A stretch of DNA of 64,000 nt. Origin: Rhina ancylostomus (taxonomy: Eukaryota). Numbering within the stretch: the stretch's first letter is position 1; every line of letters begins with the position of its first letter. The stretch spans positions 15,259,517 to 15,323,516 of the forward strand of contig JARFYF010000029.1 of assembly GCA_030265395.1 (NCBI GenBank), written 5' to 3'. Below the pieces are notes generated by a model. That model was given only the letters and a program-made list of their open reading frames with translations, was not told the origin of the DNA and searched no databases. Positions 26,826-40,208 of this stretch are shown piece after piece. A program made the position numbers and the translations under genes.

Positions 26826-27850
26826 GTAAAACTGAAATCAATGGACATTAAAGGGACAACATGCTAGCGGCTGGCTGGAGTCATAGCTCACATAAAGGAA
26901 TATAGTTGTGGTGTTTAAGAGCTCAATCAGGCCAGCCCCAGGACATCTCTGCATGAGTTCTTCAAGGCAGTGTTCTAGCTCAATCATCTGCAGCAGCTTC
27001 GTCAATGACTTTCCTTCCATCACAGGGCTAGAAGTGGGAATGTTCGCTGCTGATCGCACGATGTACAATTCCATTCATATCTTCATCAAATGAAGCAGCC
27101 CGTGCCTGTGTGCAGCAGAACCTGGATAACATTTGGGCATGGGCTGATAAGTGACATTTGCACAACTGAAATGCCAGGCAATGACCATTTCCAACAAGAG
27201 AATATCTCACCATTGACCCTTGACATTCAAAGGTGTTACCATCACTGAGTTCCCCACGATAAATATCCTGTGGGTCACTATTGACCAGAAGATCNNNNNN
27301 NNNNNNNNNNNNNNNNNNNNNNNNNNNNNNNNNNNNNNNNNNNNNNNNNNNNNNNNNNNNNNNNNNNNNNNNNNNNNNNNNNNNNNNNNNNNNNACCAGA
27401 AGATCAACTAGACCAGCCACTTTAAAACCATGGCCACAAGACTGGTCAGAGGTTGGGTATCCTAATTAGAATGACTCACCTGAAATCCACCATCTAAAAG
27501 GCACAAATATGAAGCATGATGGATTACTCTCCACTTGCCTAGACAAGTGCAGTGCCAGCAACTCTCAAAAATCTCAACACCACTTGATTGAGCAAATCAA
27601 TCACTTGATTCGTATCTCATCCACCACCTTAAATATTAATTTCCTCTACCACTGGCACACATGGCTGCAGTGTGTACCATCTTCAAAATGTACTTCAGTT
27701 TACTCAGCCAGGCTACCCTGAAAGCAGCTCCCAAGTCTGACACCTCTACAACCAAGAAGGACAAGGGAAGCCAGTACACAGGAACGTCTCAACCTCAAAT
27801 TAACGCACCATCCTGACTTGGAAATATATCATCCATCCTTCATTAAAACT
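26826..27850 (+). mobile_element. CR1/L2-group LINE RT to 3' remnant
   Basis: LLAAGWSHSSH.., FVNDFPSITGLEVGMFAAD (INDLPS..VGMFADD), WADK..F..KCQAMTISNKR; spans a gap. Confidence 0.65.
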
Positions 27851-28430
27851 CTCCACAAATGCAGGACAGAAGTGGGGAGTCTGCTGGAGTACTCTGCACT
27901 TACCTGGACAAAAGCTACAATGTTAATGAGGACGCCATCTCAATGTTCCTTTACAAGCCATGCAGCTTTCTGACATGGATGTACTGTCCTTCATTGTGGC
28001 TGGATCAAAATTGTGTAATGTCTTCCCTTGGGCATGCAGCCACCACGAGGACTACAATACTACAAGAAAGCAGGTAACTAGAAGTGTGCATATTTGCAAT
28101 CTCTGCCAACATTGTGCACAGCAAGGAATTTTGTCTGGGGAGGATCTTTCATGCTTCAGTACCTTTAGTGCCCCCTGGCCACTAAGTGAATTCAAACGCC
28201 TTGACTGATCTAGCTACGCTCACTTAATACAGTGCCATAAAAATTGAACTGGAGTGCTATATGAACTGACAAATTCGTCAAAGGATAAGGAATCCATTCT
28301 GATAGCAGACTTGACTTGCTCATGAGTGTAGTGTTCTGTTTTCCCAAAATTATGCCGTGTAATTCACATTGGGTTATAATGTTCCACTTGACAAATCTTA
28401 TACGCTTTTGACAGAGTGTTTGTTTTTCAG

Positions 28431-28569
28431 AAACAAGAGATATGTGGATCCCTCACAATACAACATCATATGTTAGAACCTGTCCAAAGAATTCCTCGCT
28501 ATGAGCTACTTCTCAAGGATTATTTGAAGAAACTACCGCAAGACTCTTTAGATAGGAAAGATGCTGAGA
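28431..28569 (+). CDS. FGD4: FGD4 window exon 7, DH ([36 protein letters not shown]...DAE)
   Basis: tgtttttcag acceptor, A|GTAAGG donor; DH conserved region 3. Confidence 0.97.
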
Positions 28570-28964
28570 GTAAGGAAACCTTAAAATTATTTTCAAAATA
28601 GATCAATACTCCGATAATTTGTTTGAATTTTAATCAGTTACCTCAGAATAATGCTTCTGAATACTCGAGAAAAGCTAAATTTGCAAAATTTTAAACTATT
28701 TTTTGTTACATTTTCTTTTTTCTTGTTCGGTACTGTATTTATCCCCTTGGACAAGACAGTCTGCTGATTCTGACTTGGAACAGAACATTATGTTCTCTTT
28801 TATGAGTAGATAGTAGGGCAGAATCACATTAGGTTGAAAATTACGTAAAAGATGGGACCAAATTTAACAATTGTGAGCACTGTTTAAAACATCTGTTTCA
28901 GTGTACCTTAGAGTGAACAGATAGCCAAAGCACCAGTGCAGCTCTCATCTTTCATTAGTTCCTT

Positions 28965-29870
28965 CTTCTTAGGCAGTTCCTCAAGATTGAGAATCTCTGG
29001 TATCTACTCGGCTTCCTTGGATTGTGAGATGACTTGTGAGGCTAATGTGGGTACCTCAGACTCTTCCACAAATAGGGCAGGAGGTACCTAAAAGGATGGA
29101 CTGGTAGGCAGTTTTTTTGAGGTGATGCTCTCCTTCCACCATTTATGCAGGGCTTCTGGGTGCTCCCAACATATGGGCTTAGACTTCTCAATACCATCCC
29201 TCTCCACTTTGACTGGTCATTGGCCAGTGACTCCCAGGAATTGATGGAAGTCTTGCATTTTTTCAAGAAGGGGTTTCAGAACATTTTTGAATCTATTCCT
29301 CTGTCCACTGGTAACCTCTTCCTGTGATAGAGCTAAGAATACAGTATTTGTGCCAGGCATCTGTTAACAACTTGGCCTGCCCAGTGGATTTAGGGCCTCA
29401 GTGCTTAGTAGATTAACAACGTTCACATATCTGTCCAGTGGATTTGGAGGATATTGTGGAGACTGTTACAGCATGGTAACAGGCCCTTCCGGCCCAACGA
29501 GTCCACGCTGCCCATTTTTTTTTAAAGCCATGTTAACCTACCCGTACGTCTTTGGAATGTGGGAGGAAACCAGAGCACCCAGAGTAAACCCACACAGGCA
29601 CAGGATAACGTACAAACTCCTCATAGCGACGGGAATCGAACCCCGAATGCTGGCGCTTTAATAGCGTCACGCTAACTGCTATGCCACCCCTTATGTCTCC
29701 ACAGCTTGAAGTACCTGCTACAGGTAGTCCAGATCTCAGATGCAAATGCAGGGCAGGAGTCAGTGATGGACAATAGACCATCATTTAAATATAGAAGCAC
29801 AACCATGTGAACCTTTCCACATTTATCCATAGAAACCTGGCCTTTCTTCTTTTCTGTCACAGTCTTGTAA
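28965..29870 (-). mobile_element. RTE-like LINE 3' remnant interrupted by a V-SINE
   Basis: LKKCKTSINSWESLANDQSKWR and a C-terminal CGR-type motif on the minus strand. Confidence 0.5.
29466..29688 (-). mobile_element. tRNA-derived V-SINE (HE1-like)
   Basis: Minus strand: A-box-like GGTGGCATAGCAGTTAGC, B box GGTTCGATTCC, V-domain GGAGTTTGTACGTT..GTGTGGGTTTACTCTGGGTGCTCTGGTTTCCTCCCACA, CR1-type tail GGGCCGGAAGGGCCTGT. Confidence 0.85.
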
Positions 29871-31334
29871 TATTGTAAATGTGAATGAGGTTTAATTTCT
29901 CACTTTTGCACCATTTGTACAAGTTATTCTGATTCTTGATTTTAAAATCATTGCTATTTTTCTTTCTCCTTATGGACACTACTGTATGTATATATTATCC
30001 TCTGGCTAACGAAGACAAAATATTCTAGGTACAAAATGTTCTTGAAATGAGCAGACATACAGTTCTTCCTCTTGTTATTTCTTTTGTCCTTTCTTATGTA
30101 CATTGTGCTTAACTATGGATTAGTTTGCTGCACTGATTTCAATTCATATCATCATGAAATAATATGGTACAAAAATTGGCCATTCAGCCCATTGTGTCTT
30201 TGAAGCAATCTGGTTATTCATATTCCTTTGCTTTCTTAGATCCCTGTCAATTTTCTCCCTCAAGTTACTTTTCCAATATCCTTTTGAATATTGGAATCTG
30301 CTTCAACCATGCTTTCAGGTGGTGTGTTCCAAATCATAGCTACTTGCCTCAGTAACTTTCTCGCCTCTTGTTCGTTTGCTAATTTCCTATATTGTGACCA
30401 TTCTACCACTGCAAGTATTTTCTCTTTATTTGTTCTTCAAGACTTGCAACACTTCTTCAAATCTTCCCTGACCTTTCCCGCTCTTAACAAAGCACAGTAC
30501 TGTTCGAATACGCCTCTTCTGCATGCCCTAAAGCCATGGTTCTTCCCAAAAGGTACAATCTAGAGCTGTACAAATGCTTCTCTGGGACCTAAGCAGTACT
30601 TTTTTTAACTGCTCTGCATAATGCTTTTCTCCCTGCGCTTCAGTTTATAAATCAAGGAGCCATATAGTTTCTCTTTACATTTTCTCAATTCGCCTTGCAC
30701 AGATCTTTTTGTTAACTAGTGTAATGTATAGCACATGGAATCATAAAGTACAACACAGAAATGGGCCCTTCAGCCCACCATGCCCGTGCTGAACTTTTGG
30801 CCCATCTGCTCTAATCTGATTTGCCTGCATTAGGTTGGTGTCATTCTATGCTGTGCCTATTTAAGTGCCTGTCTGGATGTCTCTTAAACACAATGATCAT
30901 ATGATTCCAGCACCTCCTGGCAGTGAGTTCTGGATATTAACTTTTTGGGTAATATAACTGTCCTCTCAAATTCCCTTAAAACTCCATGCTATCACTTTAA
31001 ACCTATGCCCTCTTGTTTATGATAGCCCTACCATTATCAAAAGTTTTTTGGAAAACCCATTATTTAATCATTCATGGGGTATGAGTGCTGCCAAATAATT
31101 TCTCAGCAAGACTGGTAAATTATTACCTACTTATTTTGTCTATTTCCTGGACCTGTTAGTAACTCTTTACTATTTAAAGCTTCCACCTACTCTGCTTACA
31201 TTACTGCCTATCGTTTGCCATCGGCAAACTTGGAAATATGACTTTCAATCACACTTTCAGTCACATAAATACGGTAAATAATTGTAGTTCCAACTAAGAT
31301 CCTTGAGCACCACAAGCTTATCCTGTCAAAACAC

Positions 31335-32552
31335 GCACGGAACAGTACAGCTCGAGAACAGGCCCTTCGGCCAATGATGTTGTGCTGATCTAATTAGCTA
31401 ATGATGTCCAATTATACCTAATCCCTGCTGCCTGCACATGGTCCATATCCCTCCATTCTCTGCATATTCATGTGCCTATCTAAGAGCCTTTTAACTGCCT
31501 CTATCATAGCTGGCTCACTACCACCCCTGGCAGTGCATTCCAGGCACCCGCCATTCTCTTAGTTTAAAAAAAAACTTGCTCCGCACATCTCCTTTGAACT
31601 TTCCTCCTCTCACCTTAAATGCATGCTCTTTAGTATTAGATATTTCAACACTGGTGAGAAACATACCAGCCGTTTATCTATGCCTCTCATAATTTTATAA
31701 ACTTCTATCAGGTCTCTGCTGCTCCAGAGAAAACAACCCTAGCTTATTCAACCTCTCCTTGTAGCACCTGCCTTCTTTTCCAGACAGCCTCCTTTTCTAC
31801 ATCTTCTCCAAAGCCTCCACATCCTTCCTCTAATGGGGTGACCAGAATTAAATGCAGTACTCTAGATGTGGCCTAACCAGAGTTTTATAAAGCTGCAATA
31901 TAACCTCCTGACTCTTGAACTTGCGGATAAAGGCAAGTATACCACGCAACTTCTTTACCACCTATCAACTTGTGTGGCCACTTTCAGGGAACTATGGACT
32001 TGGACCCCAAAATCCCTCTGTACATCAACACTGTTAANNNNNNNNNNNNNNNNNNNNNNNNNNNNNNNNNNNNNNNNNNNNNNNNNNNNNNNNNNNNNNN
32101 NNNNNNNNNNNNNNNNNNNNNNNNNNNNNNNNNNNNNNNNNNNNNNNNNNNNNNNNNNNNNNNNNNNNNNNNNNNNNNNNNNNNNNNNNNNNNNNNNNNN
32201 NNNNNNNNNNNNNNNNNNNNNNNNNNNNNNNNNNNNNNNNNNNNNNNNNNNNNNNNNNNNNNNNNNNNNNNNNNNNNNNNNNNNNNNNNNNNNNNNNNNN
32301 NNNNNNNNNNNNNNNNNNNNNNNNNNNNNNNNNNNNNNNNNNNNNNNNNNNNNNNNNNNNNNNNNNNNNNNNNNNNNNNNNNNNNNNNNNNNNNNNTGAA
32401 TCCAAACAGCCAAGTCACCATGGATCCCATGCATCTTAATCTTCTGGATGAGCCTACCATGAGGGACTTTGTCGAATGCTTTACTAAAGTCCATGTAGAC
32501 ATCATCCAATGCTCTACCTTCATCGATCACCTTCGTCACCTCCTCAAAAAAA
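31335..32552 (-). mobile_element. CR1 (HER1-like) LINE, RT to 3' tail, spanning a gap
   Basis: VIDEGRALDDVYMDFSKAFDKVPHGRLIQK; VQRDFGVQVHSSLKVATQVD; tail GGCCGAAGGGCCTGTT. Confidence 0.9.
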
Positions 32553-32879
32553 CTTCTGTTCCTAAAAAGTTTGATTTAGAGACGTGGCATACTTGACGAT
32601 GGCTCTTTGCAGAATTTCACAATAGCAGTTTTAATGTTGTTACTTTGCCAAAGGTTCCTTCACCTATGATGAAATACTCCCAGAGGTGCCACCTCTACTT
32701 TTTCTCAGTCAAATTATTTGCTTTATAATTACTCTGTCCTTTATTTTTGATTAGTTTTATGTTTTTACAATTTTATTTTAAACATTATAACTAATAGCTG
32801 CTTTGGTAACACGCATTCAGATTTATTATGATTTTGAATAATTAAATAACATATCCTTTAATCTATTTAATATTTACAG

Positions 32880-32938
32880 AGTCCCTTGAAATAATCTCCA
32901 CTGCCGCCACCCACTCGAATGCAGCAATCCGTATGATG
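32880..32938 (+). CDS. FGD4: FGD4 window exon 8, end of DH (KSLEIISTAATHSNAAIRMM)
   Basis: tttacag acceptor, ATG|GTGAGT donor, phase 1 to 0. Confidence 0.94.
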
Positions 32939-35060
32939 GTGAGTGCAAAGAATTAAATCTGCATTAAGTAGTTCCAGATTTTATTTTAGAAAGTGGGCCT
33001 GTGTCAGGGTTACTTGCTTTTGAGTGAAAGAGCAAATAATTATCATTGAGTTCTTGCTGGTCTGGGGAAGAGCCGGTGCAATAAAATCCAATCAAATTGG
33101 AAATAGTTGACAGCAATTTATGTAATAAATATTCATTTTGAAGCTTATGAGCAGTGAGATTGTCTCACTGGTTTTCCTGATCATGAATATCTCTGCAGTT
33201 GCTTCTGTTTAACAGCCAGCTGTCAAACCAGATCAACTGCAGCATGTTAGATTTCAACGTTCAAGATGCTGGAGAAATGTAAATGATTTTCAGTGGCATA
33301 TGCCCATTAACGCAAGTCTAATGATTGAACTGTAAGGGTGAGCAATGGCAAAAAAAGGGTATGTAACCTGTATTTAATAATTCATAATGGAGGATTAATT
33401 TGTGCTGGAGGCATCACACGCTGACCCAATTCTTGTGATCCATTATTCATGTAAAATTGCTACTTTTACTGGTTATTATTGTTGCTCTGTTGAACTTGGC
33501 TGCCACATTACCAACTCAAATTATGAAGGCAATAAGTAAATTGAATTGCATATGGAGAGAACTGAATTAAAAAAAAATGTATTAATATGATCTTGTCATT
33601 TATGTTAATAGTTTACTTTAAACAAAATAATCTATTGTTAAAATTTAGCTGTAAAACAAAAATGCTTTACTGAATTTTTTGATAAAGTCAAAAAAGTGGA
33701 AGAATGACACCTTTGATACCAAAAAACTGCATATTTAGAAACAATGTTAAAGAGCATGGCGTTTTGCTGCAGCATCTTCACACCAAGGATGCAAAACCAA
33801 AATTATGAGGTGATCCTGAAATAATTTATACTCAGTTGAGTAAAGGAAGATTTAAGAGGATTTTAAAATTATAAGCAGTTATCAGGGAAGACCCATTTNN
33901 NNNNNNNNNNNNNNNNNNNNNNNNNNNNNNNNNNNNNNNNNNNNNNNNNNNNNNNNNNNNNNNNNNNNNNNNNNNNNNNNNNNNNNNNNNNNNNNNNNAT
34001 TATAAGCAGTTATCAGGGAAGACCCATTTTCTCTGGGTGAGAAGTTAGTGACTAAGGTGCCATTAATTTAAAATAATCAGTCAGAGAAACAGGAGAGCAT
34101 TTAATAAAACATTACATGATAAAAGCATTGAACATCTTGTCACGGGGAATGATCTAGGTTTACACCTTTTAATATAAAATCCAACAATTGTTTAAAGTTG
34201 AGAAAGATACGTGACACTGGATATAACAGGAACTGTTAAATTAATTTGGGACTACCGCTGCAAAGAGCTAGCACACACACGATGTGTTGAGCTGGCGCCC
34301 TCTGTGTTTCCATTGAATGTTGCTCTTGATTGAATCCTAGATTCCACTGTATCCTTGTTTACTCCCCTTGCAAATTTTCCTGCAGAATTACAGTCCATTT
34401 AGTCAAGAGCCAGTTAGCATTTGTGAGCATTTCTAACATGGCAGACTTTTCTTAAGCACAATTTATTAATAATCATAAAATAGTTCACTGGTCATATTCA
34501 TCTGGGATACATAAACTACAAGATAATATCCATGGTGATTATATAATTGCACTTAATCTAATTAAAATCTAATTGGATTTATTTGAAATTACATTGAGGT
34601 TTGCCCATCAATGTTTCCACTCCTAATTAATGGAGTAAATGTGAAAAATTGGTTAACATAATAAAACACACTTGGCTATAATTGGTGCAGTCTGTCAGAA
34701 CTGCAGCGTGAGATGTTCTGATGAATGTTCATATTTGGCAAATTTTTAATCTTTTCGAATTTCTAATCTCCATTTTAAAGAAATCTAAAGCATAAGCTTA
34801 GATGGAAATGCTAAGAATAATTGTCAACCAGGACGACTACTAAATCCCATCTGTGGAGTTGTGGACATGCTTGTTAATTGGCGACTGCCAAAATATTATG
34901 AAGATCTTATATGTCTCAAATATCCTATACATGGCCTAGTGAATTGAAACCTAGAACCAGGAAGAAAATGACTTTAAATGAAAAGGAATGTACTTTCTTT
35001 CCAATTGTGCACTATTATAAACCTGGGTTATAAATTGTACATTTTTTTGTTTGCATTTAG

Positions 35061-35210
35061 GAAAAGATGAAGAAGTTGATCGATGTGTATGAAATGTTGG
35101 GTGGTGAAGAGGAGGATATAGTTAATCCTGCAAATGAACTAATAAAAGAGGGACAAATCCTTAAACTGGCTGCTCGCAACACTTCCTCACAGGAAAGATA
35201 TCTTTTCTTG
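35061..35210 (+). CDS. FGD4: FGD4 window exon 9, PH1 start ([14 protein letters not shown]...[25 protein letters not shown])
   Basis: catttag acceptor, TTG|GTAAGT donor. Confidence 0.96.
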
Positions 35211-38124
35211 GTAAGTACTAATGACATTATGAAGGCACAGACTGGAAGCCTGGTAAATGCCAGTGAGAACTTTATTCATGCCCTTCCAGTTAGGCCTCCT
35301 TCCTTCCTAGCTTAAGAGTGGCTCATGTTGTTCAATTTGGCTGATGTGAAGAAAATAGGCACCAGAGAAGCTTATGCCACTTTGTCCAGAGACATCATTG
35401 GCCAGTGCTCAATGGGAGGATAGAATCCACCTCCTGAGACGGATGTACTTGAGAATAAAACGTAGTTGTTTTAAAAAATATTAATAAAGGTGACCAGTTA
35501 CTGCAAGACCTGGGGAATTTTCTCACAATTTTTTGTTACCTTTCACTGAAGATTTGCCAGAAATTTGGCAGAAACAGGATGTCCATCAATGTTAAGCTTG
35601 GAATCTCCCATCCATTGCCCTCAGTTTTCATTCTCTAAAGGAAAACTTTATTTAAACTTATTTTCAATTTGTGCAGTGCTTATTGTACAAAATCTTTTAT
35701 TCAACATCTGAAGTTTCTTCTTGTAGTGGCTCAGATTACATTGGTTTGTATTTGCTCTTTGCAATGGTGAATGAACACTTTTTGAAGAGTTGTTATAGGC
35801 TGACACCAGGCAATGAATGGGTTCCGTTTTCAGAGACGTCCATAAGTGAATTTTGTCCCAAATTTGGAAAATACACAAAATCGCTCGATATGCTAACCAA
35901 ACTTCCACATCAAAAGCACATAAGACTGGTAAGAGAGAACAATTACTAAAAGCGGAGAGGGAGAGGAAGCTAGTTCTGCTGTTTGTGGGAATGAATGTAT
36001 GTATGTACGTTGGACTTCTGACTTTAATACTATTATGGGAGCTTGTTCATATGTAGGGATGTCCAAATGTCGGGTGTTCTTAACCCAGGGATAGTCTGCA
36101 ACAAAATTCCTCAAACCTAGCACCAGATCCAGCGCAGCACTCTCGACTGGGATTTGTGAAGAGAATTGGCAATAACTTTTCAGCCAGTCATGTTGAAAAA
36201 CTTTAGCCTCACTGACCTGCCAAGGGCCAAGCCACATTTACAATTGACAGGTACATTTAAATTATGTTCATCTTCAAACAGTGTAACACATGCACAGGCA
36301 AAATGTTTGTTTAACTTCATTTTGGTTTGTGGTTCAAAATTGAAATATTACTAAAATTTTACACACTACGCACTCCATTGTTGAGATCCTAGCATTAACA
36401 ATTGCTGATATAAAATTAATATATACATTAACTAGTTACTAAATTCACATGAATACTTAAATGTCCTGAAATTCAAAAGGTAACTAATTATAACAACAAT
36501 TTTTGGAAAATCTTTTTCTCATTGGGATTTGTTTAGTCATTGCAGGGTATTTGTTTACAGGTTTTCTCTCTTATAAAGTTTTGCATTTATAGAATTCTTT
36601 GTGCTCACACAACCTAGCAGCATTTGCCATAAGCAAGAAAAAAATGGACTTTGCACTCTCATTCACGGATGTTCTCTAACAGGAGCACGTTAAATGGCTT
36701 CCACCATGTCAAATGAACAGTTAGAGAATCAGGTACAGCCTCCTGAGCTTTGGATAACCATGCCAGTAGAAAAATATGTCCTTGGAGAAAGCTCAGTCTC
36801 TTTGAAGCCTCTGTAATTTTTGCTTCCAGATTCTATTCAGTGTGTATTTCACTGCTGCAGATTTAGTGATATTATGGATGAGAAATTCAATCAAATAACA
36901 GTGTTTTCCTACAACACATGGTGGATATTTTTATTAGTAACCCAATTGCTAAACACATTAAATACATTGCGCAGTAGTTGTTTACTTCCTGAAATTGGAT
37001 TATGCCCATGAATGTATCGAGACTGCTGGGCATGTGCTGTGACTTGAATTAGCATAAAATGCATCATTGGCATTACACAAAATTGTAGTGGGCATGCATG
37101 ACCTGTGAATGGCCAGGGCCTCTTGCGTTACAGCAAGTCCTGATCCAGAGGGTGGAGACCTTCTATAGCATTAAAGAGCTTGACCCTGTCTGTAGCACTG
37201 ACAAAGAGTCCAAGGTATTTGCCGCCTTTAAGGTAGGTACATTCTTGAAAGTTTTATCATGGCTGATCACCCTATGTCCTGCATTTCTCCACCAATAATG
37301 ACAACACTTCTCTCCCCAAATTGTCTGTCGGATGGTCTTTCCCTTCCCATCATACAAATATCACTATGAACCTGATCATTTCTCCTCTGACCGCTCCTGA
37401 TTTTTCACCAAAGTTGAATACTCCCTTTGATCACCTCCCAATCCAGATCACTGCCTGATCCCAATCATGACTGAAGCCAATCTTTTCTGATCACGTTCCT
37501 GTACCCCTGCACTTTCAACCCACTTTCTTGAACATGTTCACAGCTCATGGATTAGGAGGGAAGGCCTTTGTGTAAATGTCCTCCTGTATGGTAACTTGGC
37601 CTTTGTGGATGCCTTGCACAGTTCTTAGTTAATAAACTTTGTTAAATGTGTTGCCTTTTCCAGGCCTGCCTTTCAAATTCTCAACTTCTTAGTTGGTCTC
37701 CAACTTTTTTCATTCCTTTCCCCCACACACCCTTTTATCTGTTCCCCACCCTACTCCCTCTTCAAAACCATGGACATTGATGCAAAGTGCTCCAAATGAA
37801 CCCCACATATTTGTTGACCTTCTAAAAGAACGTACAGTACTTGGATTGATAGCTGTGTCCATGCCCTAAATAGAAAAATATTGTAATCCATTAGATATGA
37901 AATTATCCAATGGGAAAAGGCAACATTATAACTCCCTGTTGACTCGGTTGCCTGTTTTACTGAGTGGCTTCCACCCTCTCTGTTATGTAATTGAGCTTTT
38001 TTGAGAAAGGATGGCATGAAATTGCAGCTAAAATTTTTAAACCAACCCCAGGATACACATTCTATTACATTTATATCGGATAATAATTAACAATTATTTT
38101 ATTGTTTTGTTTTTATCCCCACAG

Positions 38125-38217
38125 TTAAACAACATGTTGCTGTACTGTGTTCCAAAGTTTAGTTTGGTATTTACAAGATATACTGTTCGAACGAAAATTG
38201 GCATTGAAGGCATGAAG
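38125..38217 (+). CDS. FGD4: FGD4 window exon 10, PH1 ([31 protein letters not shown])
   Basis: ccccacag acceptor, AAG|GTTTGT donor. Confidence 0.95.
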
Positions 38218-38419
38218 GTTTGTCGATTTTTTTGCCGAAGTTATACTTTAATAAAATTAGCAAATTTATATTACAGTGCATTCAGAGGCAGTGTTCACTG
38301 TAGTACCATACAATCCATTTGCTTACAACATTTACATAATATCATCATATATTCTTTCACATATATTCCACGAGCAATAAGTTTAAGGAAAGTTTTACAT
38401 AGCTTCCAGCTGTTTGGTA

Positions 38420-39460
38420 TGTAGTGGTGGGTTGGCCTCAAATGGTGGCCTTTCCCCACAGAACCTTTGCAGTAGCAGCACCAAAGCTTCAGCATGTCCC
38501 TCAGCACATGGATCTGCATCTTAGAAAGAACACTCTGCTGCTGTTGGTTGTGGACAGTCCATTCCATTGGAAAGCTAGCATGTTTTGAGCAGACCAATGT
38601 GTGCCTTTTACCGAGTTGATAATCTTCCAGAGGTGGTTAATGTTTGTCTTGATGTGTGTCCCTGGGAACTGCCCATAGAGCACAAGTCCTGCTTTAGTTT
38701 AGGCAGCTGTTCTGCATGAACCTTAGCAAAGACCACTACATCTCATTATTGGCAAACCCATATTCCAGAAACAGATGGATGGTGGTCTCGTTCCCACTAC
38801 AGTGACCTTAAGGGCACCTTGCAGTAGCACTGAGATTACAGCTGTGTATAACTGATCTGACAAGGACGGTGCTTCTCAGCACCAGCCAAGAAAGGTCCAG
38901 TGACAGTTTGAAAGTTCTCATGATGTGGTATTTTGCCATAGGACTTAGACAATCCACTCAGGGCAACATTGTGCCTGAATCCATCATCGTATTTTCTTGT
39001 AGGGACATTCCGTAACGACTACTGTCTGATTGACTTGTGGTCAAAAGTATTCTCCTACTCAGACTTTTCTATGAGGGGCAAGTGGCGTGGCAGATTCCAC
39101 GGCAACCTGACCAAACCCATCCTTCACAACATAGGGCTGGAGAAAATCTCAGTGCACAGTCAACCAGAGTCTGTGCACAGCTTGATGCAACCATATACAT
39201 AGGCAGTCATCTGTGTGAGGGCCATGTTGGGGATATTTCTCACCCCCTTTCCAGATTTGTATATTGTGTCTTGGTGACTTGTTTTTTTCCAATCTCCATA
39301 TAAAATGAAAGTCTGCTGCAATGTAGGTGATGGCTGCGGTGACACCTATACCATATACAGTGGCACTGAGAGCATCTTGCATCTGATGACCACTCACACT
39401 ATCCCATTTTCTGCTTCACCTTGGCTATGGACTCCAGTTGCTCAGAATCATATGCCCAGC
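38420..39460 (-). mobile_element. Tx1-like (L1 clade) LINE ORF2 C-terminal remnant
   Basis: LYGQFPGTHIKTNINHLWKIINSVKGTHWSAQNML, HVLRDMLKL, and YKSGKGVRNIPNMAL..VYGCIKLC in broken frames. Confidence 0.6.
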
Positions 39461-40128
39461 ACCTTAGAACATAGAACAGTGCAGGCCCTTTGGCCCACTA
39501 TATCGTGCTGACCTATATAAACAATATATAGGTCCACAATCAATCCAACCTTCAAGTATTCAGACCTGAAGGGAACAAAGGATAAGTCCAAACAGTTACC
39601 AAATAGGGACCCTCTTTTGCTGCAATTAACTCTAGTCTTGCAGGCCAATTTGAATTAATCTCAGATGCTCAACAATCTGCAGACAGTCCATGATCTAAAC
39701 AGTGTCAATGTACAGAGGGCCTTTGATCTGAGTGCCTCTGCTGCCTGGGATCATTGCCGTTCTTGTGCTTGCAACCTTCTGACACAAGGCTTGGAACAAC
39801 ACAAAAAGAAGATAGGTCACCCTAGCCTACCTCCAGGTTTGATCAGGAAGCTTCATGTTTCCCACCCATTAATTTGGACTGTGCTACTGAAATTTAAGCA
39901 GAACATTCGTATCCAAATGTAGGTTCCCTCTCTGTTAAATTCTTNNNNNNNNNNNNNNNNNNNNNNNNNNNNNNNNNNNNNNNNNNNNNNNNNNNNNNNN
40001 NNNNNNNNNNNNNNNNNNNNNNNNNNNNNNNNNNNNNNNNNNNNCATTAAGAGTTGAACTGCAGATAATTTACCTCTTCTCAGTTATGTCACCCAAACAT
40101 ATTTTGTTTGTGCTTCTTAATACTTTAG

Positions 40129-40208
40129 GTCATTGAGACCCATAACAAAGACTATCCAAACACATTCCAGGTCTCTGGAAAAGAACGAACATTAGAGTTG
40201 CAGGCCAG
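40129..40208 (+). CDS. FGD4: FGD4 window exon 11, PH1 ([27 protein letters not shown])
   Basis: tactttag acceptor, AG|GTAAGA donor. Confidence 0.95.

Noticed and set aside
29600-29688. tRNA-like A/B boxes
   Set aside because: This is the head of a V-SINE; no full cloverleaf, so not a tRNA gene.
33868-34029. 31-nt direct repeat ATTATAAGCAGTTATCAGGGAAGACCCATTT on both sides of a gap (also an 11-nt repeat around 27295-27394)
   Set aside because: The copies directly flank 100-N placeholder gaps, so these are unmerged contig overlaps, not biological repeats.
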